The position numbers and the translations under genes are program-made. A DNA stretch of 64,000 bases from Lentisphaerota bacterium (GTDB taxonomy: Bacteria > Verrucomicrobiota > Kiritimatiellia > RFP12 > UBA1067). The stretch covers positions 13,137 to 77,136 of the forward strand of contig SUWC01000006.1 in the NCBI GenBank assembly GCA_015061665.1, read 5' to 3'. Below the pieces are notes generated by a model. It saw only the letters and a list, made by a program, of their open reading frames with translations. It did not search any database and was not told the origin of the DNA. Numbering within the stretch: the stretch's first letter is position 1; each line of letters starts with the position of its first letter. Shown here piece by piece: positions 28,476 through 36,194 of the stretch.

Positions 28476-28509
28476 TGCGAGTTGTCCATTTCAAACCTAG
28501 TGCAAAGAT

Positions 28510-29664
28510 ATGACAAAGATTGAATATTTTCCCGATGAGGCTGCTTCCGCCGCGTTCATGGATTCGCTGGGCGGCTACAGGAATCCGTCTGCCGTATCGC
28601 CGCTGAAGGGCGCTGCCGCGCATGAAGTCGCCGTTGGACCAGTGCACGCCGGAGTCATCGAGCCAGGTCACTTTCGCTTCCAGTGCATGGGCGAGGACGT
28701 CTACAACCTTCAGATCTTCCTCGGCTACCAGCATCGAGGCGTGGAGAGTGAAATTGTCGAAGCGGACGGCTTCACGGCGCGCCAGGTCGCCCTAGCTGAG
28801 ACATGCGCAGGCGATACGTCAATCGCCGCTGCGACTTGCTTTGCAGAAATCATGGAGTCCGTCTTCCCCGATCGTTTCGCCGCGCCCGATGCGAAAGCGA
28901 TGTCCGTCCGCAGTTGTCTTCTTGAGCTTGAACGCATAGCCAACCATGTCGGCGATCTCGGCGCGCTTGCAGGCGATGTCGCATTTCTTCCTACTTCGTC
29001 GTTCTGCGGACGCATCCGCGGCGACTATCTCAACATGACGGCGCTCGTCTGCGGCAATCGCTTCGGACGCAACGCCGTCGTTCCAGGCGGAACGCGCGTG
29101 ACGATAGACTCCGAGAAGGCCGCGAAGCTGAAGTCGCTAGTCGCAGCCGCGAAGAAGGACCTCGACAACGCCCTCGGGCTGATGTTCAACGAACCGACCG
29201 TCGTGGATCGATTCTCGGGAACTGGCACTGTCACGAAGGAAACCGCCGCGCAGATCGGGCTTGTCGGAGTCGCGCGAAGGGCATCCGATGAATTCGGCGG
29301 AGACGTCCTTGCTCGCGCAAAAGTGCGCCGCGTCGAGATAGACGAGGCCCACGAAAAGATATCAGCCATCCTCGACGCGCTTGAGGCAGGGCGAACGCCC
29401 GAATGCCTCGAAGCGGCAAAGGCGCCGACAATGAAGCCCGAGGGCCGATTCGCAGTCTGCGTGTCCACAGTCCAGGCATGGAGAGGACCACTTGTCCATG
29501 CCGCGCTATTCGGCGAGGGCGGAAAGCTGCTCCGCTACAAGATAGTTGATCCGTCGGCGTTCAACTGGCATGGTCTCGCGTGGGCGCTGCGCGGAGAGCA
29601 GATTTCGAACTTCCCGATCTGCAACAAGTCATTCAACCTTTCGTACTGCGGCACAGACCGCTGA
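28510..29664 (+). CDS. group-4 [NiFe]-hydrogenase large-subunit-like protein (HycE/EchE/NuoD fold) lacking most Ni-Fe cysteine ligands
   Basis: GPVHAGVIEPGHFRF and GYQHRGVE are hallmark motifs of the family. The L1 position reads ETCAGDTSIAA instead of C-G-x-C-x-x-x-H. The C-terminus reads SFNLSYCGTDR* instead of DPCxxCxxR. Confidence 0.75.
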   Translation: MTKIEYFPDEAASAAFMDSLGGYRNPSAVSPLKGAAAHEVAVGPVHAGVIEPGHFRFQCMGEDVYNLQIFLGYQHRGVESEIVEADGFTARQVALAETCAGDTSIAAATCFAEIMESVFPDRFAAPDAKAMSVRSCLLELERIANHVGDLGALAGDVAFLPTSSFCGRIRGDYLNMTALVCGNRFGRNAVVPGGTRVTIDSEKAAKLKSLVAAAKKDLDNALGLMFNEPTVVDRFSGTGTVTKETAAQIGLVGVARRASDEFGGDVLARAKVRRVEIDEAHEKISAILDALEAGRTPECLEAAKAPTMKPEGRFAVCVSTVQAWRGPLVHAALFGEGGKLLRYKIVDPSAFNWHGLAWALRGEQISNFPICNKSFNLSYCGTDR

Positions 29665-29677
29665 CAGGAGATTCATC

Positions 29678-30415
29678 ATGCTTGACGCATTTGCCGCACG
29701 ACTTAGGCAGGGATTCAGGACCGGGGCGTTTCCTCCCGCGCCGCCGAATCTCCCCCCTGACTTCAGGGGACGTCCAAAGCTCGACGCCGGAATGACGCGC
29801 ACGGACGTCGAATCCGCCGCGAAGGAGTGTCCGTCGCTCGGTTCTCTGGGCTTTGACGAGAAGGGCGCGTTCCTGGACATGGGGCGCTGCATTTTCTGCG
29901 GACGCTGCGCGAAGGCGTGTCCGAAGATTTCCTTCACGCGCGAGTACAGGCTCGGCGTTTTCAGGCGCGAGGACCTTGTGGTTCGCGCAGGGGAGGGCGA
30001 ATACGCACCTCCGGAGCAGTCCGATCCCGAGGCGCTCGCGCTGCGCCATTCGTTTCTTCTGCGCGAAGTTTCGGCAGGGGGCTGCGGCGCGTGCGAGTTG
30101 GACGCAAACGTTCTGGGAACCCTTGCATGGGACTTCGGACGCTTCGGCATTCGTTTTGCGGCGTCGCCGCGCCATGCGGATGCGATATACCTTACCGGGC
30201 CTGTATCCAAGAACATGCAGTTGGCGCTCGACAAGACGTATGCCGCCGCTCCATATCCGAAGTTCCTGATTGCGGCTGGCGCGTGCGCGATATCGGGCGG
30301 ACTTTATGCGCAGGGCAAGCTTCCTGCGGTGCCTTCACTGTTCATTCCTGGCTGTCCGCCACATCCAGCGACGACACTGGATGCGCTTTTGCGTTTCACG
30401 GGCCGTCGCGCTTGA
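29678..30415 (+). CDS. fused ferredoxin-like (HycF/EchF-type) + NuoB/HycG-like small-subunit Fe-S protein
   Basis: AGGAG SD, ATG 29678. CIFCGRCAKACP (4Fe-4S motif), then GGCGACE, SPRHADAIYLTGP, GACAISGG, PGCPP (NuoB/HycG proximal-cluster motifs). Confidence 0.75.
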   Translation: MLDAFAARLRQGFRTGAFPPAPPNLPPDFRGRPKLDAGMTRTDVESAAKECPSLGSLGFDEKGAFLDMGRCIFCGRCAKACPKISFTREYRLGVFRREDLVVRAGEGEYAPPEQSDPEALALRHSFLLREVSAGGCGACELDANVLGTLAWDFGRFGIRFAASPRHADAIYLTGPVSKNMQLALDKTYAAAPYPKFLIAAGACAISGGLYAQGKLPAVPSLFIPGCPPHPATTLDALLRFTGRRA

Positions 30416-30427
30416 CTCTTTGCCCCG

Positions 30428-30441
30428 TTTTTTGGTATCAT
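30428..30441 (+). promoter_or_regulatory. extended -10 promoter motif TTTTTTGGTATCAT upstream of nusA
   Basis: Recurrent motif with a TATCAT -10. A 76-nt leader runs to ATG 30518. Confidence 0.5.
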
Positions 30442-30517
30442 ATTGCTTGATTTCGGCGATTCGAGTGGATCGCCCGTGGTTTACTATTGGCTCTTTCTGA
30501 CACTCAGGAGATATATA

Positions 30518-31789
30518 ATGGCGATTAACAACCAGTTGCTGGCAGTTGTCCAGAACATAGAAAACGAACGCGGCGTGAGTCGCGAGATCGTCCTTACCGC
30601 TATTGAGCAGGCTATAATGCAGGCCGCTCGTAAGAATCAAGCGGTTACGAACGACTTTCGTGTTTTCATTAATCGCCAGGATCTTTCAATCCACATCTTC
30701 GACACATTCGTCTGCTCGGACGAGGATACTGGTCCTGGTTTCATCTCCCTTTCGATGGCTCGCCGCGTGAAGCCCGACATCAAGGAGGGCGAGGCTCTTG
30801 AGGTGGAGATGCCTCCGGCTAAGCTCGGCCGCATAGCGGCGCAGATGTCGCGTCAGATGATCATGCAGAAGATCCGCGACGCCGAACGCAGCAACACATT
30901 TACCGAGTACCGCGACCGCATCGGCGACATCGTCTCCGGAACGGTTACGGCGATTGCCCATCGAGATGTCTACATCATGGTCGGTAAGACTGAGATGCTT
31001 CTTCCAGGCCGCCACCGCATCCCGGGCGAGGACTACCAGATCGGCGACTCGATCCGTGCGGTTGTTGAGCGCGTCGACACTGACGACCACAAGGGGCCGT
31101 CCGTCCTTGTCAGCCGTACGTCGCCGAAGTTCCTGGAGGCGCTTTTCCGCCTTGAGGTCTCCGAGATACAGGATGGTGTAGTTGAAATAGTTTCGGTCAG
31201 CCGTGATCCTGGTTACCGCGCTAAGATTGCGGTCAGGACGTCCAACGAGAACATAGATCCAGTCGGTGCGTGCGTCGGCCAGAAGGGCTCCCGCGTCCGC
31301 ACCATTGTCAACGAGCTTGGCGGCGAAAAGATTGACATTGTCCGCTGGAGCGACGACATCCGCCAGTTCGTCACGCAGGCGCTTTCGCCCGCGAAGCTCG
31401 AGTCCGTTACTGTCGATCCAGCTGAGCCGAATACAGTCCACATCGTTGTTTCCCCCGACCAGTATTCACTCGCGATCGGCAAGCGCGGGCAGAACGTCCG
31501 CCTCACGACGAAGCTCACGGGCTGGCACATCGAGGTCAAGAAGTCTTTGGCTACGGCGAGCTTCGACGAGCTCAAGGCCGAGGCCATCAAGGAACTGGCG
31601 GAGACGTTCAGTGTTTCGACGGCTGTCGCCAAGCAGATGGCGGAAGCCGGATTCCTTACGGTCGACGGGATCGTCGCGGCCGACGAGGCGACGTTCATCG
31701 CGTCGACGGGACTTGACGAAGTCACTGCCAAGGGTGTCTATGCGGCGGCGCTGGCCGTTTCCGAACTCACCGCGAACAATGAGAAATGA
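30518..31789 (+). CDS. nusA: transcription termination/antitermination factor NusA
   Basis: N-terminal LLAVVQNIENERGVSREIV, S1 domain GDIVSGTV, KH domains GACVGQKGSRV and AIGKRGQNVRL. Start at ATG 30518 after CAGGAG. Confidence 0.9.
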   Translation: MAINNQLLAVVQNIENERGVSREIVLTAIEQAIMQAARKNQAVTNDFRVFINRQDLSIHIFDTFVCSDEDTGPGFISLSMARRVKPDIKEGEALEVEMPPAKLGRIAAQMSRQMIMQKIRDAERSNTFTEYRDRIGDIVSGTVTAIAHRDVYIMVGKTEMLLPGRHRIPGEDYQIGDSIRAVVERVDTDDHKGPSVLVSRTSPKFLEALFRLEVSEIQDGVVEIVSVSRDPGYRAKIAVRTSNENIDPVGACVGQKGSRVRTIVNELGGEKIDIVRWSDDIRQFVTQALSPAKLESVTVDPAEPNTVHIVVSPDQYSLAIGKRGQNVRLTTKLTGWHIEVKKSLATASFDELKAEAIKELAETFSVSTAVAKQMAEAGFLTVDGIVAADEATFIASTGLDEVTAKGVYAAALAVSELTANNEK

Positions 31790-31830
31790 CAGAGCGTGAT
31801 TCGTCAGAGAGAAGCTTTCAGGAGTAAAAT

Positions 31831-34467
31831 ATGCGAGTATACGAGTTGGCAAACGAGATAGGTGTTTCTAGCGCAGAGGTTTTGCGCGCAGCTTCCGGTT
31901 GCGATGTTGAGGCCGTCAGCGCAATCAGCGCCATCGGCGGTTTGGATGTTGAGAAGCTGCGCGAGGCGCTCAATGGCGCAGACGCATCTGCTCTCCTCTC
32001 CAGGCGCGACGCCAAGCGCCGCCGTGCAGGCGAGATCGCACGGTCGGCTGTCGAGTCGGAAAGGGAATCGCTTTTTCGCCATCTCTCAGTAGCCAAGGAG
32101 GCGCAGGCCCTTAAGCCCGCCGCCAAGCCCGGCGACGACATCTCCGCAGCCAAGGCGGCCGCTCGCGCAAAGGCAGAGGTCGCCGCCAGCGAAGCTCCTG
32201 CTCAGGTTCCCGAGAAACCGGTAGAGGCGAAGCAGGATTCCGCGGATGCGGCAGTCCCCGCAAAGCCGACATTCACCCCCATTACGATTTCCGGCAAGCC
32301 CTCTGTCAAGCGTCCAGAAGTCCCCGCTCCAAAGATTTCGATTTCAGTCGCATCGCCGTCTTCGGCTAAGCAGCCCATACGCATGGCCCCTGGCGTGAAG
32401 CCGAAGGTCGTCGGAACGACTAACGCCAGCAAGCTTGGACTGTCGGTCCATCCTGGTTTCAAGCCGCTTCAGAGGGCCGTTCCTCCGGGGGCGACCGCAA
32501 TCAAGATCACCGTCGCTGCCCAGCCGAAGGTACGCCCCCCGAAGGTCGTCGACTACGATGACGACGGCACGAAGAAGGGCCGCAAGGGCAAGGACGGCAT
32601 GAAGGCGTTCGAGCGCAGCCGTCTGCCGCACGCGCAGGCTGCGGCCACGCCTTCCGCAAACACCGGCATCCGCGTCAACGAGGAGGCCAAGGAGATTTCG
32701 ATCCGCGGCGCAGTGGTCGTCAAAGATCTTGCAGCGAAGCTTAATGTCAAGCCAAACAGGCTTATCGCGGACCTTATGGGTCTCAAGATACTCGCTTCTA
32801 TCAACCAGCGCGTCGAACCAGATGTCGCGACGAAGGTTGCCGAGAAGTATGGCTTCAAGGTCACGATTGAAAAGGCGCGCGACAAGGCGGCGGCGAAGCC
32901 CGTCCTCAAGTCGATCGACGCAGACGACCTGATACCGGAAGACGCGCCCGAGACCCTGAAGCCGCGCGCGCCAGTCGTCACTTTCCTTGGACACGTAGAC
33001 CACGGCAAGACGACGTTGATGGACTGGATCCGCAAGGAGCACGTCGCCGCCGGAGAAGCTGGTGGCATCACCCAGCAGATTTCCGCGTACCAGGTTGAAG
33101 TCGCTGGACGCAAGATCACTTTCCTCGACACCCCCGGGCACGCGGCGTTCAGCTCGATGCGCGCACGCGGCGCTCAGCTTACGGATATCGCGGTACTCAT
33201 CATCGCAGCCGACGACGGCATAATGCCGCAGACGGAGGAGTGCATCAAGGTCGCGCGTCAGACAGGCGTACAGATCATGGTTGCCATCACGAAGGCCGAC
33301 AAGCCCACGGCCAACGTCGACCGTGTAAAGCAGCAGTTGCAGAAGCGAGGACTCACGCCTGAGGACTGGGGTGGCGACATCATCTGCTGTCCCGTCTCCG
33401 GCATCACGGGAGAGGGCGTTGACTCGCTTCTTGAGAACATCCTTGTTCAGGCCGAGGTTCTCGAGCTGATGGCGAACCCCAACCGCCGCGCAAACGGCTT
33501 CGTCATCGAATCCGAACTCCAGCAGGGGCTCGGACCGTGCGCCACGCTGCTAGTCACTGGCGGCACGCTGAAGGTAGGCGACGCGATTCTCATCGGCGAG
33601 CACTTCGGCAAGGTCCGTGCGCTGATTGACGACCATGGACGCCGCATCAAGGAGGCTCCGCCCTCGACCCCGGTCAAGGCGACGGGCCTTTCCGGCGTCC
33701 CCGAAGCGGGCGCGGAGTTCCGCGTAATGCTCGACGAGAAACGTGCACGCACGCTTGCCGAGCAGACGGCCCAGGAGCGCAAGGAACAGGAGCTATCAAC
33801 ATCCAAGGCCGCTTCTCTCGACGCGCTCATGAGTCGCATGGCCGCAGAGGGAAGGCGCGAACTCAATGTCATCGTGAAGTCCGACACACAGGGCTCGCTT
33901 GAGGCGATCGTCCAGGCGCTTCAGGAAATCAAGTCCGAGAAGGTCGGCCTCAACGTTATCGGCACAGGTACAGGCAACGTCTCGCTGACGGACGTCAAGT
34001 CCGCTGCCGCAGGCAAGGCCATCGTCGTCGGTTTTGACATCGGAAACGACTCCGGCGTTCAGCAGCAGGCGCGCCACGACGGCGTCCGCATCAACTCATT
34101 CCGAATCATCTACGAGCTAATCGACCACGTCAAGCAGTCCATGCTCGATCTCCTTCCGCCCGAGTACAAGGAGAACGTCCTCGGTCATGCCGAGATCAAG
34201 GCAATATACGACATCGGCAGGCTTGGCAAGATCGCCGGCTCGCAAATGCTCGACGGCAAGCTCTCCGCAAAGGAGAAGTACCGCATCATGCGTCGCGGCG
34301 AACAGGTCTGGGACGGCAAGGTCCAGACCCTCCGCCACTTCAAGGACGAGGTCAAGGAAGTCACCGGACAGCAGGAGTGCGGCGTTTGCTTCGCGAACTA
34401 CGAAGGATTCGAGGTTGGCGACGTAATCGAGTGCTACTCGCTCGAGGAGCTTCCCAGGAGCCTCTAA
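31831..34467 (+). CDS. infB: translation initiation factor IF-2
   Basis: IF2_[15 protein letters not shown], low-complexity Ala/Pro/Lys linker, G domain [20 protein letters not shown]; 878 aa. Confidence 0.95.
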   Translation: MRVYELANEIGVSSAEVLRAASGCDVEAVSAISAIGGLDVEKLREALNGADASALLSRRDAKRRRAGEIARSAVESERESLFRHLSVAKEAQALKPAAKPGDDISAAKAAARAKAEVAASEAPAQVPEKPVEAKQDSADAAVPAKPTFTPITISGKPSVKRPEVPAPKISISVASPSSAKQPIRMAPGVKPKVVGTTNASKLGLSVHPGFKPLQRAVPPGATAIKITVAAQPKVRPPKVVDYDDDGTKKGRKGKDGMKAFERSRLPHAQAAATPSANTGIRVNEEAKEISIRGAVVVKDLAAKLNVKPNRLIADLMGLKILASINQRVEPDVATKVAEKYGFKVTIEKARDKAAAKPVLKSIDADDLIPEDAPETLKPRAPVVTFLGHVDHGKTTLMDWIRKEHVAAGEAGGITQQISAYQVEVAGRKITFLDTPGHAAFSSMRARGAQLTDIAVLIIAADDGIMPQTEECIKVARQTGVQIMVAITKADKPTANVDRVKQQLQKRGLTPEDWGGDIICCPVSGITGEGVDSLLENILVQAEVLELMANPNRRANGFVIESELQQGLGPCATLLVTGGTLKVGDAILIGEHFGKVRALIDDHGRRIKEAPPSTPVKATGLSGVPEAGAEFRVMLDEKRARTLAEQTAQERKEQELSTSKAASLDALMSRMAAEGRRELNVIVKSDTQGSLEAIVQALQEIKSEKVGLNVIGTGTGNVSLTDVKSAAAGKAIVVGFDIGNDSGVQQQARHDGVRINSFRIIYELIDHVKQSMLDLLPPEYKENVLGHAEIKAIYDIGRLGKIAGSQMLDGKLSAKEKYRIMRRGEQVWDGKVQTLRHFKDEVKEVTGQQECGVCFANYEGFEVGDVIECYSLEELPRSL

Positions 34468-34482
34468 GGAGACTTGCAAGTC

Positions 34483-34845
34483 ATGTCCGTCGACAGGCTG
34501 GAAAGAATCAACTCGCTTCTGAAGCGCGTCATCGCCGAGGGAATGTTCCAGGTGATGCAGGGCGACTCAGTCCCTGCCGGAATGATAACCGTCACCGGCG
34601 TTCAGTGCGGCAAGGATCTCCGCGATGCTTCGGTATGCGTTTCCGTATTCGGAGACGACGAGCTTAAGGAACGCGCCGTTCGCCACCTTAAGGCAAAGGC
34701 GCGCGAATTCCAGTCGCTCATAAACCGTCAGGTGCGGATGAAGTTTACCCCGCGTCTTACTTTCAAGCTCGATCTCTCGCTTGAGAAGGGCGATGAGGTT
34801 CTTGCGCTTCTCGACAAGTTGGAGCACAATGACAGCAATAGTTGA
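34483..34845 (+). CDS. rbfA: ribosome-binding factor A
   Basis: RLERINSLLKRVIAE, TVTGVQCGKDLRDASVCVSV, TPRLTFKLD. ATG 34483 is preferred over TTG 34474 because of AAGGAG at 34466-34471. Confidence 0.85.
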   Translation: MSVDRLERINSLLKRVIAEGMFQVMQGDSVPAGMITVTGVQCGKDLRDASVCVSVFGDDELKERAVRHLKAKAREFQSLINRQVRMKFTPRLTFKLDLSLEKGDEVLALLDKLEHNDSNS

Positions 34846-35422
34846 TTACAGGGCCGGCAACCTGACAAGCGTGCGCCTTGCGTTCGAGGCGCTTGGCGAG
34901 GATGCCGTAGTAACTTCAGATCCCAATGTCGTAGCAAAGTCGGATCGGGTTGTTTTCCCCGGCGTTGGTGCCGCGGCTAGTGCGATGGCGAATCTGCGCG
35001 AGCTCCGCCTTGTCGACGCCGTAAAGTCAGTTGCCGCGGATAAGCCGTTCCTCGGCATCTGCCTGGGTATGCAGATTCTCTTTGAGCATTCCGAGGAAGA
35101 TGGCGGAGTCGATACGCTTGGCATAATCCCCGGACGCGTCCGCAGGTTCGCAGATGTCCCTGGATTCAAGATCCCGCAGATAGGCTGGAACGACGTCGAG
35201 ACGGTCAATGGCTGCAACGTTTGTCCGTCGGGCGAGTTCTTCTATTTCGTCCACTCGTACTACGCTGAGCTGTGTCCGTTCACCTCAGGCGTGACTGAAT
35301 ACGCCGGTGTTAAGTTCACGGCGATGGTGAAAAGGGGACGACTCCTCGCCTGCCAGTTCCACCCGGAGAAGTCCGGCAAGGCTGGCCTTGCGCTTCTGAA
35401 AGGATGGCTTGAATCATGCTGA
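34829..35422 (+). CDS. hisH: imidazole glycerol phosphate synthase, glutaminase subunit HisH
   Basis: IVDYRAGNL, FPGVGA, GICLGMQ (catalytic Cys), VHSYY, CQFHPEKS. Start overlaps the rbfA 3' end by 17 nt. Confidence 0.9.
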   Translation: MTAIVDYRAGNLTSVRLAFEALGEDAVVTSDPNVVAKSDRVVFPGVGAAASAMANLRELRLVDAVKSVAADKPFLGICLGMQILFEHSEEDGGVDTLGIIPGRVRRFADVPGFKIPQIGWNDVETVNGCNVCPSGEFFYFVHSYYAELCPFTSGVTEYAGVKFTAMVKRGRLLACQFHPEKSGKAGLALLKGWLESC

Positions 35423-36192
35423 CAAAACGCGTCATTCCATGTCTAGACGTGCGCAGCGGACGCGTCACCAAAGGCGTTAAGTTCAAGAACAACATCGACC
35501 TCGGCGACCCCGTCGAGATGGCAGTGCGCTATTCAGACGGCGGTGCCGACGAACTAGTCTTCTACGACATCACGGCTTCGGCCGAGCGCCGCCCGATCGA
35601 CATCGGAATGGTAGAGTCTGTCGCTAAGGCGATCCGCATTCCGTTCGCCGTAGGCGGCGGAATATCTTGCGTTGCCGACATGGAGCGCGTGATACTCGCA
35701 GGCGCGGAGAAGATATCCGTCAATTCGCTCGCCGTCAGGAACCCGGGCATCATTGCCGAAGGCGCGAAGGCGTTTGGCCGACAGTGCATCGTCCTTGGAA
35801 TGGACCCCGTGAAGTCCGAGAACCCGGCATGTCCATCTGGCTATGAGATAACCACGCGTGGTTTTCGCGAGTTCACAGGAATGGACGCCGTTGAATGGGC
35901 GAAGAGGGCTGCGGACCTCGGAGCAGGTGAAATCGTCGTCAATTCCGTAGACGCCGACGGTACTCGCGCAGGTTTTGAGCTTACAATCACGAAGATGATC
36001 GCTGACTCGGTAGGCGTTCCTGTTGTCGCTTCCGGCGGCGCTGGCAGGCCTGAGCATCTCGTGACGGTTTTTCGCGATGCCGATGCGGACGCAGCGATCG
36101 TCGCAGGCATGATCCACACAGGCGATTATACGATCGCCCAGATCAAGGATGTCATGCACGCGTCCGGAGTCCCAACCCGTATCACATTCTGA
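35416..36192 (+). CDS. hisF: imidazole glycerol phosphate synthase, cyclase subunit HisF
   Basis: RVIPCLDV, ADELVFYDITAS, VGGGI, NSVDADGT, ASGGAG. Confidence 0.95.
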   Translation: MLTKRVIPCLDVRSGRVTKGVKFKNNIDLGDPVEMAVRYSDGGADELVFYDITASAERRPIDIGMVESVAKAIRIPFAVGGGISCVADMERVILAGAEKISVNSLAVRNPGIIAEGAKAFGRQCIVLGMDPVKSENPACPSGYEITTRGFREFTGMDAVEWAKRAADLGAGEIVVNSVDADGTRAGFELTITKMIADSVGVPVVASGGAGRPEHLVTVFRDADADAAIVAGMIHTGDYTIAQIKDVMHASGVPTRITF

Positions 36193-36194
36193 CT

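Noticed and set aside
28476-28509. Leaderless-type promoter directly upstream of the hydrogenase-like large-subunit gene (..TGCAAAGAT-ATG)
   Set aside because: AAAGAT is a poor -10 and the T-tract/TG context of the motif family is missing. Co-transcription with the upstream kinase is the simpler explanation.
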